Positions 49,180-57,957 of a stretch of DNA of 64,000 nt are shown here, piece by piece. Under the pieces are notes generated by a model. The model was not told the DNA's origin and did not search any database. It saw nothing but the letters and a program-made list of their open reading frames with translations. This DNA is from Minisyncoccota bacterium. GTDB lineage: Bacteria > Patescibacteriota > Minisyncoccia > Phycocordibacterales > UBA9973. Every line of letters begins with the position of its first letter. Position 1 is the stretch's first letter. The position numbers and the translations under genes are program-made. The stretch lies in contig JBAZRK010000001.1 of NCBI GenBank assembly GCA_041663005.1, positions 157,360-221,359 on the forward strand. Direction: 5' to 3'.

Positions 49180-49881
49180 ATGAAAGAATTAAAAATTTTA
49201 AAAAAGTCAAAGCTTACCGAATCCGAAAAGAAGGAGCTATTTTCGCGCGTGAAAAAATCGGTAGAGACATTATCGGGCGGCGACGTAAAGGATCTGAACT
49301 ATCCTATACCAAGTCCGTTCTATCGATTTACTTTTATGAGCCACAGCACATATATGAAAGCTGGAGTCTTGGCGCTCCTTATTCTCTCACTCTCGGGAGC
49401 AACTGCTTATGCTTCACTTGGATCACTGCCGGGCGATATGCTGTACGGAGTAAAGGTAAACGTAGTGGAAAAAGTTTCTAAAATTGCCGCCCGTAGCCCA
49501 GAAAGCCGAGCTCGTCAGGAGTCAACTCAGATAGAACGCCGAGTGGATGAGTTTGAAAAACTTGCTGAGAAAGGGGAGCTCACTGAAGCAAAGACTCAAG
49601 TGATTGAGAAGCACATAGAAGAACGTTTGAAAGATTTTGACCGTAATGTTACCACAATCAAAGAAAGGAAAGGTAAAAATATTGAAAAAATTCGCGAAGA
49701 AGAGGACTTGGAAGAGAGGCTTGAGAAACACGCTGAAAGAATCCTCAAGATTCGCGAAGAAGATGAGAGCTCAGGAGAAGAGGCCCTGGAATCAGTTATT
49801 AGGAGAACAAAATTTGGAAAAGAGGGAGGGCGAGGTGAGCAGAAAAATGCCCCAATGTTTGAAATACGTTTAAACGATTAA
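49180..49881 (+). CDS. Probable anti-sigma factor (TM plus DUF5667-like domain)
   Basis: Directly after the ECF gene; cytoplasmic N-terminus, one TM, SLPGDMLYGVK..VE motif. Confidence 0.7.
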   Translation: MKELKILKKSKLTESEKKELFSRVKKSVETLSGGDVKDLNYPIPSPFYRFTFMSHSTYMKAGVLALLILSLSGATAYASLGSLPGDMLYGVKVNVVEKVSKIAARSPESRARQESTQIERRVDEFEKLAEKGELTEAKTQVIEKHIEERLKDFDRNVTTIKERKGKNIEKIREEEDLEERLEKHAERILKIREEDESSGEEALESVIRRTKFGKEGGRGEQKNAPMFEIRLND

Positions 49882-49884
49882 ATT

Positions 49885-51009
49885 ATGTATTACAAATACA
49901 AAGTTCTAGAAAATAGACTGGACACGGAGAGCGTTCGGATTTTAACGCTGGCAGCCCACGATGAAACCCGAAGGCCATTGCTTTATCAGCCAGGGCAATA
50001 TGCTGCCCTAATACTCAACGACCAAGCGAGACCGACCAGTGCCAGATGCTTCTCGATTACTTCCTTGCCTGGACAACAACGAATTTTACAATTCAGTATG
50101 CGCGTAAGTGGGGTTTTCACTCGGGCACTCGAGCGCCTGGAGAAAGGCGACGAGGTTCTGGTGAGAGGGCCGTTCGGCTCCTTTGTATTCAACGAGAATC
50201 TACACCAAGACCTGGTGATGTTCGCCGGTGGTATAGGGCTCGCCCCGTTTATGAGTATGATTCGATATGCATCTCATTTAAAATTAAAAAACAAACTCAC
50301 GCTCGTATATAGTTGTCGCACGGAAGATGATATCTCTTTCCTTAAGGAACTCCAAGGGCTTGAGATGAGTAACCCCAGTCTCAAAGTAGTTTATGTTATA
50401 AGCGATGGACCTGTCGACCGAGCTCGAGCTCAAGGACTCAAGGTAATTTCTGGACGAGTTGATAGGTCGAACATCGGCAAATTAGGCCTATCATATCAAG
50501 AACAAATTTATATGATTTGCGGACCTAAGGGTTATATGTCGGCTATGCATTCGCTCCTTAAAGGCTCTGGCGCGCCAAAAGAAAACATTCTTACTGAAGC
50601 CTTCAGCCAAGGATCACGTTTGCAGAGTGAGAAGTCTACCAGCTGGCCATTCAATATGTACGCTCTCACGGGAATGTCGCTCCTTATATCAGGTATTTTT
50701 GTTATGGCCTCTGACTTAGCTAAAACAGCACCTCAAGCAAACATTGAAAGTTCCAACTCTCAAACAAATTCAAATCCAGACCTTTCTTCGTTGAGTTTAC
50801 TTGAAAAAATAAACGCCTTAGGTCCACAAGTCGATACTAATATTTCACAACCACCGATTATAAAATATAAACCGAGCACGGTGACTACCGTATCGAATAC
50901 GCCAGTAATAAAACCAACACCCGCACCTACTCCTACTCCTGTCGTAGTGCAACCCGCGCCGAAACCAACCGTGATTCCTAAAACTAAACCGAGGACCAGA
51001 GTCTCATGA
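49885..51009 (+). CDS. FNR-like FAD/NAD(P)H oxidoreductase with C-terminal TM and Pro/Thr-rich tail
   Basis: PGQY, RCFS, GPFGSF, AGGIGLAPF, ICGP, EAF; then a TM helix and PTPAPTPTP...RTRVS. Confidence 0.85.
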   Translation: MYYKYKVLENRLDTESVRILTLAAHDETRRPLLYQPGQYAALILNDQARPTSARCFSITSLPGQQRILQFSMRVSGVFTRALERLEKGDEVLVRGPFGSFVFNENLHQDLVMFAGGIGLAPFMSMIRYASHLKLKNKLTLVYSCRTEDDISFLKELQGLEMSNPSLKVVYVISDGPVDRARAQGLKVISGRVDRSNIGKLGLSYQEQIYMICGPKGYMSAMHSLLKGSGAPKENILTEAFSQGSRLQSEKSTSWPFNMYALTGMSLLISGIFVMASDLAKTAPQANIESSNSQTNSNPDLSSLSLLEKINALGPQVDTNISQPPIIKYKPSTVTTVSNTPVIKPTPAPTPTPVVVQPAPKPTVIPKTKPRTRVS

Positions 51010-51926
51010 TTAAACAAGCCTATATGCAAAGCGGGCAAGCGCTAGGTACCGAAGTAGAACTTCGGCTCGTGGTTACTGATTTCCAAACTGCGGAAGACAA
51101 TTTTAAAATTCTATGGAAGGAAATTTATGATTTCGAAAAGCGGTACAGTCGTTTCAACATAGATAGCGACGTAACCAAACTCAACATGAACGCCGGCAAG
51201 CCCATGCTCATCTCTCCAGAGCTTGTGGATATATTGGAACAAGCAAAAAAGTTTGCAGCTATAACCGGAGGATTGTTTAATATATTTGTTTTACCTGAAG
51301 TGGAGCGTGGAGGTTATATCGAATCAATGACCCCCAAACCAGGCCAGCAAATTATAGACTACACTGACAGGAAAGTAGTCGATATGAGTTCGCTAAATAT
51401 TGGCAATGGTTCTGTGTCGATTCCTCAAAATACAGCAATAGACCTAGGTGGCATCGGCAAAGGTTATTTATTGGATAAATTGGCGAGTATTCTAGAAGGA
51501 AGAATAGAAAATTATTGCTTGTCGCTCGGTGGAGATATGATTTTGAAAGGGCAGGAGATTAGCAAAAATTGGGAAGTGGATGTCCAGTCAGGTGTTGATC
51601 GCACTAGGAACGTTGCTCTTTTTGTGGGCTCGGGCCGCACCGAAGCCGTTGCAACCTCAGGAATGATACGAGAGAAAGGCGGCAAACGTCAAATACACAT
51701 AGTTGACCCGCGGGAGGAGAAAAATTCCGGAAGTACGTTTGCCCTGTGTAGCGTGGCGGCAGTAGGAGCAACGGCTGCCGATGTAATCGCTTCGGCCCTT
51801 ATAATTGGCGAGGAGGAGCTGGCAGAAGAGTTAATTAGACAAGGACATATAAGCGCAGTATTATTACAGAAGAGAACTGGCGGGGAACCCATAATTTTTG
51901 GTGCGGGTTTTAAAATGAATTCATAA
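51006..51926 (+). CDS. apbE: FAD:protein FMN transferase
   Basis: SRF..SD, IDLGGIGKGY, GGDM, VATSG, HIVDPR, AD..ASAL. Confidence 0.9.
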   Translation: MIKQAYMQSGQALGTEVELRLVVTDFQTAEDNFKILWKEIYDFEKRYSRFNIDSDVTKLNMNAGKPMLISPELVDILEQAKKFAAITGGLFNIFVLPEVERGGYIESMTPKPGQQIIDYTDRKVVDMSSLNIGNGSVSIPQNTAIDLGGIGKGYLLDKLASILEGRIENYCLSLGGDMILKGQEISKNWEVDVQSGVDRTRNVALFVGSGRTEAVATSGMIREKGGKRQIHIVDPREEKNSGSTFALCSVAAVGATAADVIASALIIGEEELAEELIRQGHISAVLLQKRTGGEPIIFGAGFKMNS

Positions 51927-51927
51927 T

Positions 51928-52659
51928 ATGAAAAAAAATATTTCAAAATTGGGCATAATATTCATTTTAAGTCTGATGGTCATAGCGTTATTTTCATCAT
52001 TTGCATTTGCTCTAGCCACGGAAAAGAGTGGGGGCACGAATGCGAACGTGGTTTTAGATGGCAGTGGCTCCTCTGTCATGGAAACGGTTTTCACGAAGCT
52101 CGGAACTTCGTGGCCATGGTACTTAACTCGCGCTTCCGGACTTGTCGCTGGCATATTAATGTTCATCTTAATTTTATCCGGGATGGGTTTTATAACCGGA
52201 CATGCGTTTAATTTTCTTGAGCCAATTACAGCCTGGGCCTCACACCGAGCTTTAGGTATCGCCCTGGGTATTTCGCTCATTCTGCACATTGGCTCACTGT
52301 ATTTCGACAGCTTCGTACCGTTTGATGTGAAATCATTATTTATCCCTTTCGCTTCTACGTACAGGCCGACAACTATTCTAGGGTTTAGTGTTGGATCGCT
52401 ATATGTGGCATTAGGGATATTTGCGTTCTATATTTTATTGGCGGTAATTCTCACCTCGCTATTTTGGATAGATAAAAAACCAAAAACTTGGAAGTTCACC
52501 CATCTCTTGAGCTACCTGGCGATGGTTCTAGTGTTCCTACACGCGCTATACTTGGGAACTGATCTAACTAGTGGTGCACTTCGCTATATATGGATAGGGC
52601 TAATGCTTATCCTCGCTTGGGCCGGGATTGCTCGGCTGAAGAGAGTTGGAACAGTATGA
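51928..52659 (+). CDS. Ferric reductase-like (MsrQ-like) heme b membrane protein
   Basis: WYLTRASGLVA; four TM histidines (HRALG, LHI, THLLSY, LHAL); GTD. Confidence 0.82.
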   Translation: MKKNISKLGIIFILSLMVIALFSSFAFALATEKSGGTNANVVLDGSGSSVMETVFTKLGTSWPWYLTRASGLVAGILMFILILSGMGFITGHAFNFLEPITAWASHRALGIALGISLILHIGSLYFDSFVPFDVKSLFIPFASTYRPTTILGFSVGSLYVALGIFAFYILLAVILTSLFWIDKKPKTWKFTHLLSYLAMVLVFLHALYLGTDLTSGALRYIWIGLMLILAWAGIARLKRVGTV

Positions 52660-53324
52660 TTGCAAAAATTTTTAATAAATTAAACAGCCTTTTTCATAAA
52701 ACACCTTTTATTTGGGCACTGTTATATTTCGCGATTATAGGTGGCTCAGTCGCCTTCGCTGCAAACTTTTATGAGAAAATTAAAATGGATCAACTTCCAA
52801 GTGGCAACATAGAGCTCGTAACAAGTAAAAATAAATACAACCTTGGTGATGAAATCAAGTTTACGGTGATGAACCATTTTTCCGTGAGTATTTACGTAAC
52901 CAATCAATGCCCGAATGAGCCATTGAATGTTTATCGCTGGGAAAATGGTGAGTGGAACCAAATTCATGACCAGGCGAAGGACAGCGAAGCGGAATGCTAC
53001 GATGAGGAAAGGAATGTAGAAATTTTACCAGAAAATTCTAAGAGTTATAACTTTAACGACTGGCCGAATTTATTTAAAAATCCTGGAGTATATAGATTGG
53101 CTATGACGGTGGATCATTCGAGTGACGTATTCTTTACGGATTTTGCAATTTTGGAGCCGGCAAAAGTGACTGAGGTCGTCCTACCGGGGGCACTTGTGCC
53201 AAGTTTGATAGAAAAATCTGAGGCACAGGTAGATCAAACCATAAAAGAGGATATTAACGAGGAGGACAATTATAATAAAGTTTATCGTGATGATGACGAG
53301 TTTGAAGAAGAAGATGATGATTAA
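52657..53324 (+). CDS. Membrane-anchored Ig-like protein with a Cys pair and acidic tail
   Basis: TM, KNKYNLGDEIKFTV, NQCP...EC, PGVYRL, DDDEFEEEDDD. Confidence 0.65.
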
Positions 53325-53610
53325 AGTAAATATTAAAAAACTAAAAGGCACCTTGCTACAGAAAAAAGTTTGGGGAGCACTTTTGAAAATTCCAAGAGGG
53401 GAGACACTTACCTACAAAGAGCTTGCTAAAAAAGTCGGCAAGCCGCGTGCAATACGTGCGGTCGCAAATGCCGTTGGGGCGAACCCCTTGGCGCCTACCA
53501 TACCGTGCCACCGAGTAGTGCGTAGCGACGGCAAGCTCGGAGGTTACTCAGGCCGAGGCGGAGTAAAAACCAAACTTGCTCTGCTTAGGAAAGAAGGCGT
53601 TTTCAGATAA
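53314..53610 (+). CDS. ogt: O6-methylguanine-DNA methyltransferase (MGMT family)
   Basis: IPRGETLTY, RAVANA, PCHRV. Confidence 0.9.
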   Translation: MMIKVNIKKLKGTLLQKKVWGALLKIPRGETLTYKELAKKVGKPRAIRAVANAVGANPLAPTIPCHRVVRSDGKLGGYSGRGGVKTKLALLRKEGVFR

Positions 53611-53643
53611 TTTTGTATTTCTCGATATGATATAATGAAGTGC

Positions 53644-54381
53644 ATGAAAAAGTCACTGATGATTTTAATAATTCTCTTGGCGATAGGAGCTGGAGCCTAC
53701 TACCTGTATAAACAGAGCCGACCAATAGTCGTCGAGAACACCACTGTTGATGATACAAAGGACGAAACTCCGATAAGCATTGCAACTAAAGAAATAAGAG
53801 AAGAAAACTATATGGGCTCCAAGCCTGAAATTACCGGCACAACGAAGCTCGCCATCACAGCCCGAGAATACATCGAGCAGGCAGTTAAAACTTTTGGCGA
53901 CCAAGCGAACGCCGACGTGCCGGCAATGCGCGAGGAATTCGGTCCTGACAGCCCAACAGCTAGCTATTCAATAGAGATACAAGCATCACTAATGGAAAGT
54001 GCTAATACTGAATCGATAATAATTAGCGAATATGTATACTCTGGGGGTGCCCACGGCTCCAGTTCCTATAGAGTACTCACTGCTTCAAAGGAAAACGGAG
54101 AAATTTTGACGTTGAGCGACATTGTAAAACAAGACAAGCAAGGAGAGTTCACATCGCTAGTAAAAAATAAACTGATAGCTTGGCGTCCGTCAGGTAGCGG
54201 GGACGCGCCGGTAGTTTTCCCTGAGGATGTGGCTAATTTAACTTTCTACTCGTTCACAAACTGGGCACTTAATGACGAAAATTTAATTATCTACTTCAGT
54301 CAATATGAAGTAGGTCCGGGCGTTTTGGGAGCCTTTGGTCTACCTATCACGCTTAGTGAAATCAAGGACTTGCTCCTGTAA
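53644..54381 (+). CDS. DUF3298/RsiV-like membrane-anchored protein
   Basis: YSGGAHG, LTLSDI, IYFSQYEVGP. Confidence 0.8.
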   Translation: MKKSLMILIILLAIGAGAYYLYKQSRPIVVENTTVDDTKDETPISIATKEIREENYMGSKPEITGTTKLAITAREYIEQAVKTFGDQANADVPAMREEFGPDSPTASYSIEIQASLMESANTESIIISEYVYSGGAHGSSSYRVLTASKENGEILTLSDIVKQDKQGEFTSLVKNKLIAWRPSGSGDAPVVFPEDVANLTFYSFTNWALNDENLIIYFSQYEVGPGVLGAFGLPITLSEIKDLLL

Positions 54382-54403
54382 TAAAAGCCCATCAGGAACG
54401 TCT
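54377..54403 (+). promoter_or_regulatory. Third candidate ECF promoter
   Basis: TGTAATA-N13-AACGTCT; same GTAA-N17-CGTCT spacing as 48605 and 48556. Confidence 0.5.
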
Positions 54404-54472
54404 TAGTAAGTAAGGAGAAGCTTTTCGTCGAAGCGGTCCTTAACATTACTAAACTAATTATTATTAAAACTT

Positions 54473-54961
54473 ATGAAAACAAAAGTATTTTTTCTGGCTC
54501 TTGCTCTAGTGTTGCTAGGATCAGCAGTTGGCGCTGGAAGCGTTAGTGCTCAGACAGCAAGCTTTCCAGAGGGTTGCGCTTCGGGACTCGGTTACAGTAT
54601 TACCTCAGGGGAACCTTGCAACGGTACAAACAACGCAGTAACCAACTTCTTGCCCGGATGTACTACTGCACTGGGCTACAGCACTGTTAATGGTGCAGCT
54701 TGCAGTGGTGGACCTATTGCCATTGAGTGGCTTGCAGGTTGTAGCTCTATCTTAGGCTACAGTACGGTAAACGGTATGCCTTGTAACGGTACGGCAACAG
54801 CTTACCTAACTACACCTTCACCCTACTACATCCCGTCAGTTCCGGGATTACCTACCACTGGTTCAGGTGATAATGCGCTGATAAATTTCTTATTCTTGGG
54901 AAGCTCCGCTTTGGTGGTTGCTCTAGGAATAAATTTTCTTTCGCGCAAGTCACAGGCGTAA
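54473..54961 (+). CDS. Secreted Cys-repeat protein with LPxTG sorting signal
   Basis: Signal peptide; three GCxxxLGYSxxxGxxCxG repeats; LPTTG, TM, RK. Confidence 0.8.
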   Translation: MKTKVFFLALALVLLGSAVGAGSVSAQTASFPEGCASGLGYSITSGEPCNGTNNAVTNFLPGCTTALGYSTVNGAACSGGPIAIEWLAGCSSILGYSTVNGMPCNGTATAYLTTPSPYYIPSVPGLPTTGSGDNALINFLFLGSSALVVALGINFLSRKSQA

Positions 54962-54978
54962 GGGACCTAAAGGTATTT

Positions 54979-55010
54979 AGGCGGGCGTTGTCGTAAGATG
55001 CTCGCCTTTT
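54979..55010 (+). terminator. Intrinsic terminator
   Basis: aggcgggcgtt/gatgctcgcct stem followed by TTT. Confidence 0.55.
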
Positions 55011-55072
55011 ACCTTTTTTATACAAAATTTTGTTTTAAAGTCTTGATAATATAATATATAAGAGTATAGCTA

Positions 55073-55687
55073 ATGAATTTACAAACTAAAAAAACTTTAG
55101 TTAGAGTTCTCATCATTGCCGCCGTTTTAATTTTCGGTTTTATTTTATTGCGAGCCTTTTATTACGCACCTAACGACGAGGTACAGATATCGCCGGAGGC
55201 CGTGGAACCTCTATCAAACGAAGCTATCGCCATCAAGTCTTTCAGTGGCACACCAGGGAAGCTTTCAATACCTAAAATAAAAGTAGAAACTAAAATTCAA
55301 GAAGTTGGCGTCACTAACAAAGGGAATATGGCCGCGCCGAATAATTTCGTCGACGTCGGTTGGTACAAGTATGGAACTATTCCCGGCAACGTAGGGAGTG
55401 CAGTAATTGCCGGACACGTAAACAATGGCATAGCCCTACCCGCTGTTTTTTCTAATTTAAAGGATTTAGTAGAAGGGGACGATATTTATATAACTAACGA
55501 CACGGGAGAAACCCTGCATTTCAAAGTGACGGGCAGTAAGATTTACGACTACAACGCCAAGGCGGATGAAGTCTTCGCAGGAGACGACAGCAGGACGCTC
55601 CGACTTATAACCTGCTCCGGCGTCTGGGTAAAGGAGTTCCGAACCCACAATAAAAGACTCGTGGTAAGTGCAGTGTTGTCGGAATAA
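55073..55687 (+). CDS. Class F sortase
   Basis: LSIPKI, VGWY..G..PG..GSAVIAGH, LRLITC, catalytic Arg (KRLVV). Confidence 0.9.
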   Translation: MNLQTKKTLVRVLIIAAVLIFGFILLRAFYYAPNDEVQISPEAVEPLSNEAIAIKSFSGTPGKLSIPKIKVETKIQEVGVTNKGNMAAPNNFVDVGWYKYGTIPGNVGSAVIAGHVNNGIALPAVFSNLKDLVEGDDIYITNDTGETLHFKVTGSKIYDYNAKADEVFAGDDSRTLRLITCSGVWVKEFRTHNKRLVVSAVLSE

Positions 55688-55710
55688 AATTTTAATGTTA
55701 ATATAGCCAA

Positions 55711-56082
55711 ATGAGGCAAAAAGTGATAATTCTTGGCGTAATCGCCTTGGCTATAATTTTTGTTATAACTTTCTCGTTTAATCGTGCCCCTAAAACAGAA
55801 ACAGCGAACCTTGCAGCAACCCCCAAGGTACAAAATTCTCCGACTAATGAATTCTCTTCATCAGATGTTGCCCTTCACGCTGATTCCACAAGCTGTTGGA
55901 CGATAGTACGAGGTAATGTCTATGATTTAACGGGGTGGATTGTCAAACATCCGGGAGGAGAACAGGCCATCTTAGGACTCTGTGGGAAGGACGGCACAAC
56001 AGCATTCGAAAATCAGCACGGTGGTATGGAAAAGCAAGAGCAGATACTCGCTACATTTAAAATTGGTATATTAAAAGACTAA
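55711..56082 (+). CDS. Membrane-anchored cytochrome b5-like heme-binding protein
   Basis: N-terminal TM; CWTIVRGNVYDLT..HPGG..GKDGT.AF..QH. Confidence 0.9.
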   Translation: MRQKVIILGVIALAIIFVITFSFNRAPKTETANLAATPKVQNSPTNEFSSSDVALHADSTSCWTIVRGNVYDLTGWIVKHPGGEQAILGLCGKDGTTAFENQHGGMEKQEQILATFKIGILKD

Positions 56083-56091
56083 TTATTAGAA

Positions 56092-56499
56092 ATGCACTAC
56101 TCATCAGAAAAAATGAAAACCTTCGCTCCGATAGTTATACGTATCGGTTTGGCGCTGGTCTTTTTATGGTTTGGTTATCAGCAGATATTTAGTACAGATA
56201 TGTGGACGATTCTCATTCCGCAATGGGCAGTGAACCTCTCAGGTCTTTCAGCATACAGTTTGGTGCTAATCAATGGTTGGTTTGAAGTTATTTTCGGTTT
56301 CCTCTTATTGCTTGGTATTTTTACTCGCATTTCAGCTTTTCTCCTGGCTCTTCATATGTTACATATCACTTCTGTGGTGGGTTACAACAACATTGGCGTC
56401 AGAGATTTCGGTCTATCTATGGCAGCAATTTCAGTATTTCTTAACGGCGTTGATATGTGGAGCTTAGATAAGTTATTTATTAAAAATAATGAAAAATAA
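56092..56499 (+). CDS. DoxX family membrane protein
   Basis: RIGLALVFLWFG, GWFEVIFG.LLLLGIFTR, RDFGL, WSLD. Confidence 0.85.
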   Translation: MHYSSEKMKTFAPIVIRIGLALVFLWFGYQQIFSTDMWTILIPQWAVNLSGLSAYSLVLINGWFEVIFGFLLLLGIFTRISAFLLALHMLHITSVVGYNNIGVRDFGLSMAAISVFLNGVDMWSLDKLFIKNNEK

Positions 56500-57955
56500 T
56501 ATGCCGAAAAATTTAGGACAGGGGATTACTTTCGACGATATTTTGCTGGTACCCAACTACAGCGAAGTTTTACCAAGGAATGCGGTTACTAAAACACGAC
56601 TCACTAAAAACATAAATCTATATATTCCCTTTATGTCCGCGGCTATGGATACCGTAACCGAATCCAAAATGGCCATAGCTATGGCTGAACTCGGGGGCAT
56701 AGGTATAATTCATAAAAATCTCTCAATCGCCGATCAGGCTCACGAAGTTGAGCTAGTAAAGCGACACGAGTCCGGGAGAATTATAGACCCCATAACTGTA
56801 CCCATAACGGCGACAGTCGGGGATGTATTCGAAATACAAAAGAAGCGCTATATCGGAGGTTTCCCGGTCTTGGATGCTGACGGGACTTTAGTCGGGCTTG
56901 TTACTAGTCGAGACCTGAGATTCCAGAAAGATGAGAAAACGCTGATTAAAGACATTATGACGACTAAGCTCGTAACTGGTGGACCGAAAACGACCGTCGA
57001 GGAGGCTAATAGCTTGTTTAGCAAATATGGTATCGAGAAGCTCCCACTAGTCGATAAGAATAATAAATTAGTTGGATTAATAACTTACCGCGACATAGCA
57101 AAATCCAAAGAGTATCCGAATGCAACTAAAGACAACCTCGGACGACTTTGCGTAGGGGCAGCAGTGGGGGCTGGAAAGGATGTCCTCACTCAGGTTGAGG
57201 CACTGGTAAAGAGTAACGTAGACCTGGTATGCGTTGACACTGCTCACGGACATTCGCACGGAGTAATTGACGCCGTGAAGAGAATCAGGAAGGCATATCC
57301 GAAACTCGATATTGTCGCTGGCAATGTTGCTACAGGTGCTGCAGCCCTCGCCTTAATTAAAGCTGGCGCCAATGCAATCAAGGTGGGCATCGGCCCCGGT
57401 TCTATCTGCACAACCCGCATAGTCTCCGGTGTAGGCGTACCGCAACTTTCTGCCGTATCTTCGGTCTATGAAGTTTGTAAAAAATTAGATATACCGGTAA
57501 TTGCCGATGGCGGTATAAAAAATAGCGGGGACGTAGTCAAGGCGCTCGTATTTGGCGCAGACGTGGTGATGGGTGGGAGTATGTTTGCCGGCACCGACGA
57601 AGCTCCGGGTGACACAATAAGTATGAACGATCAAAAATTCAAAAAGTACCGAGGTATGGGCTCCCTAGGTGCCATGCAAAGAGGCTCCAAGGACCGATAT
57701 TTCCAAGAGGACCAATATGACTTAACCAAGCTCGTGCCGGAAGGTGTTTCTGGGCACGTATCATACAAAGGTGCGCTTTCAGAAGTTTTACATCAGTTTG
57801 TCGGCGGACTTCGAGCTGGAATGGGTTATCTCGGCGCAGAAAGCATCCCGAAGTTAAGAGACGCATCTTATTATACGATATCCAAAGCAGGGCTTGATGA
57901 AAGTCATATTCACGACATCTTCATGGTCAGCCCGGCTCCTAACTACAAAAAGTAA
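56489..57955 (+). CDS. guaB: IMP dehydrogenase
   Basis: [12 protein letters not shown] pair, [17 protein letters not shown]. Confidence 0.97.
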   Translation: MKNNMPKNLGQGITFDDILLVPNYSEVLPRNAVTKTRLTKNINLYIPFMSAAMDTVTESKMAIAMAELGGIGIIHKNLSIADQAHEVELVKRHESGRIIDPITVPITATVGDVFEIQKKRYIGGFPVLDADGTLVGLVTSRDLRFQKDEKTLIKDIMTTKLVTGGPKTTVEEANSLFSKYGIEKLPLVDKNNKLVGLITYRDIAKSKEYPNATKDNLGRLCVGAAVGAGKDVLTQVEALVKSNVDLVCVDTAHGHSHGVIDAVKRIRKAYPKLDIVAGNVATGAAALALIKAGANAIKVGIGPGSICTTRIVSGVGVPQLSAVSSVYEVCKKLDIPVIADGGIKNSGDVVKALVFGADVVMGGSMFAGTDEAPGDTISMNDQKFKKYRGMGSLGAMQRGSKDRYFQEDQYDLTKLVPEGVSGHVSYKGALSEVLHQFVGGLRAGMGYLGAESIPKLRDASYYTISKAGLDESHIHDIFMVSPAPNYKK

Positions 57956-57957
57956 AA

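Noticed and set aside
49393-49404. SGAT in the anti-sigma as a canonical ApbE site
   Set aside because: Lies at the end of the hydrophobic helix, lacks the usual upstream Asp and has no FMN-binding domain context; probably coincidental, though cheap to test.
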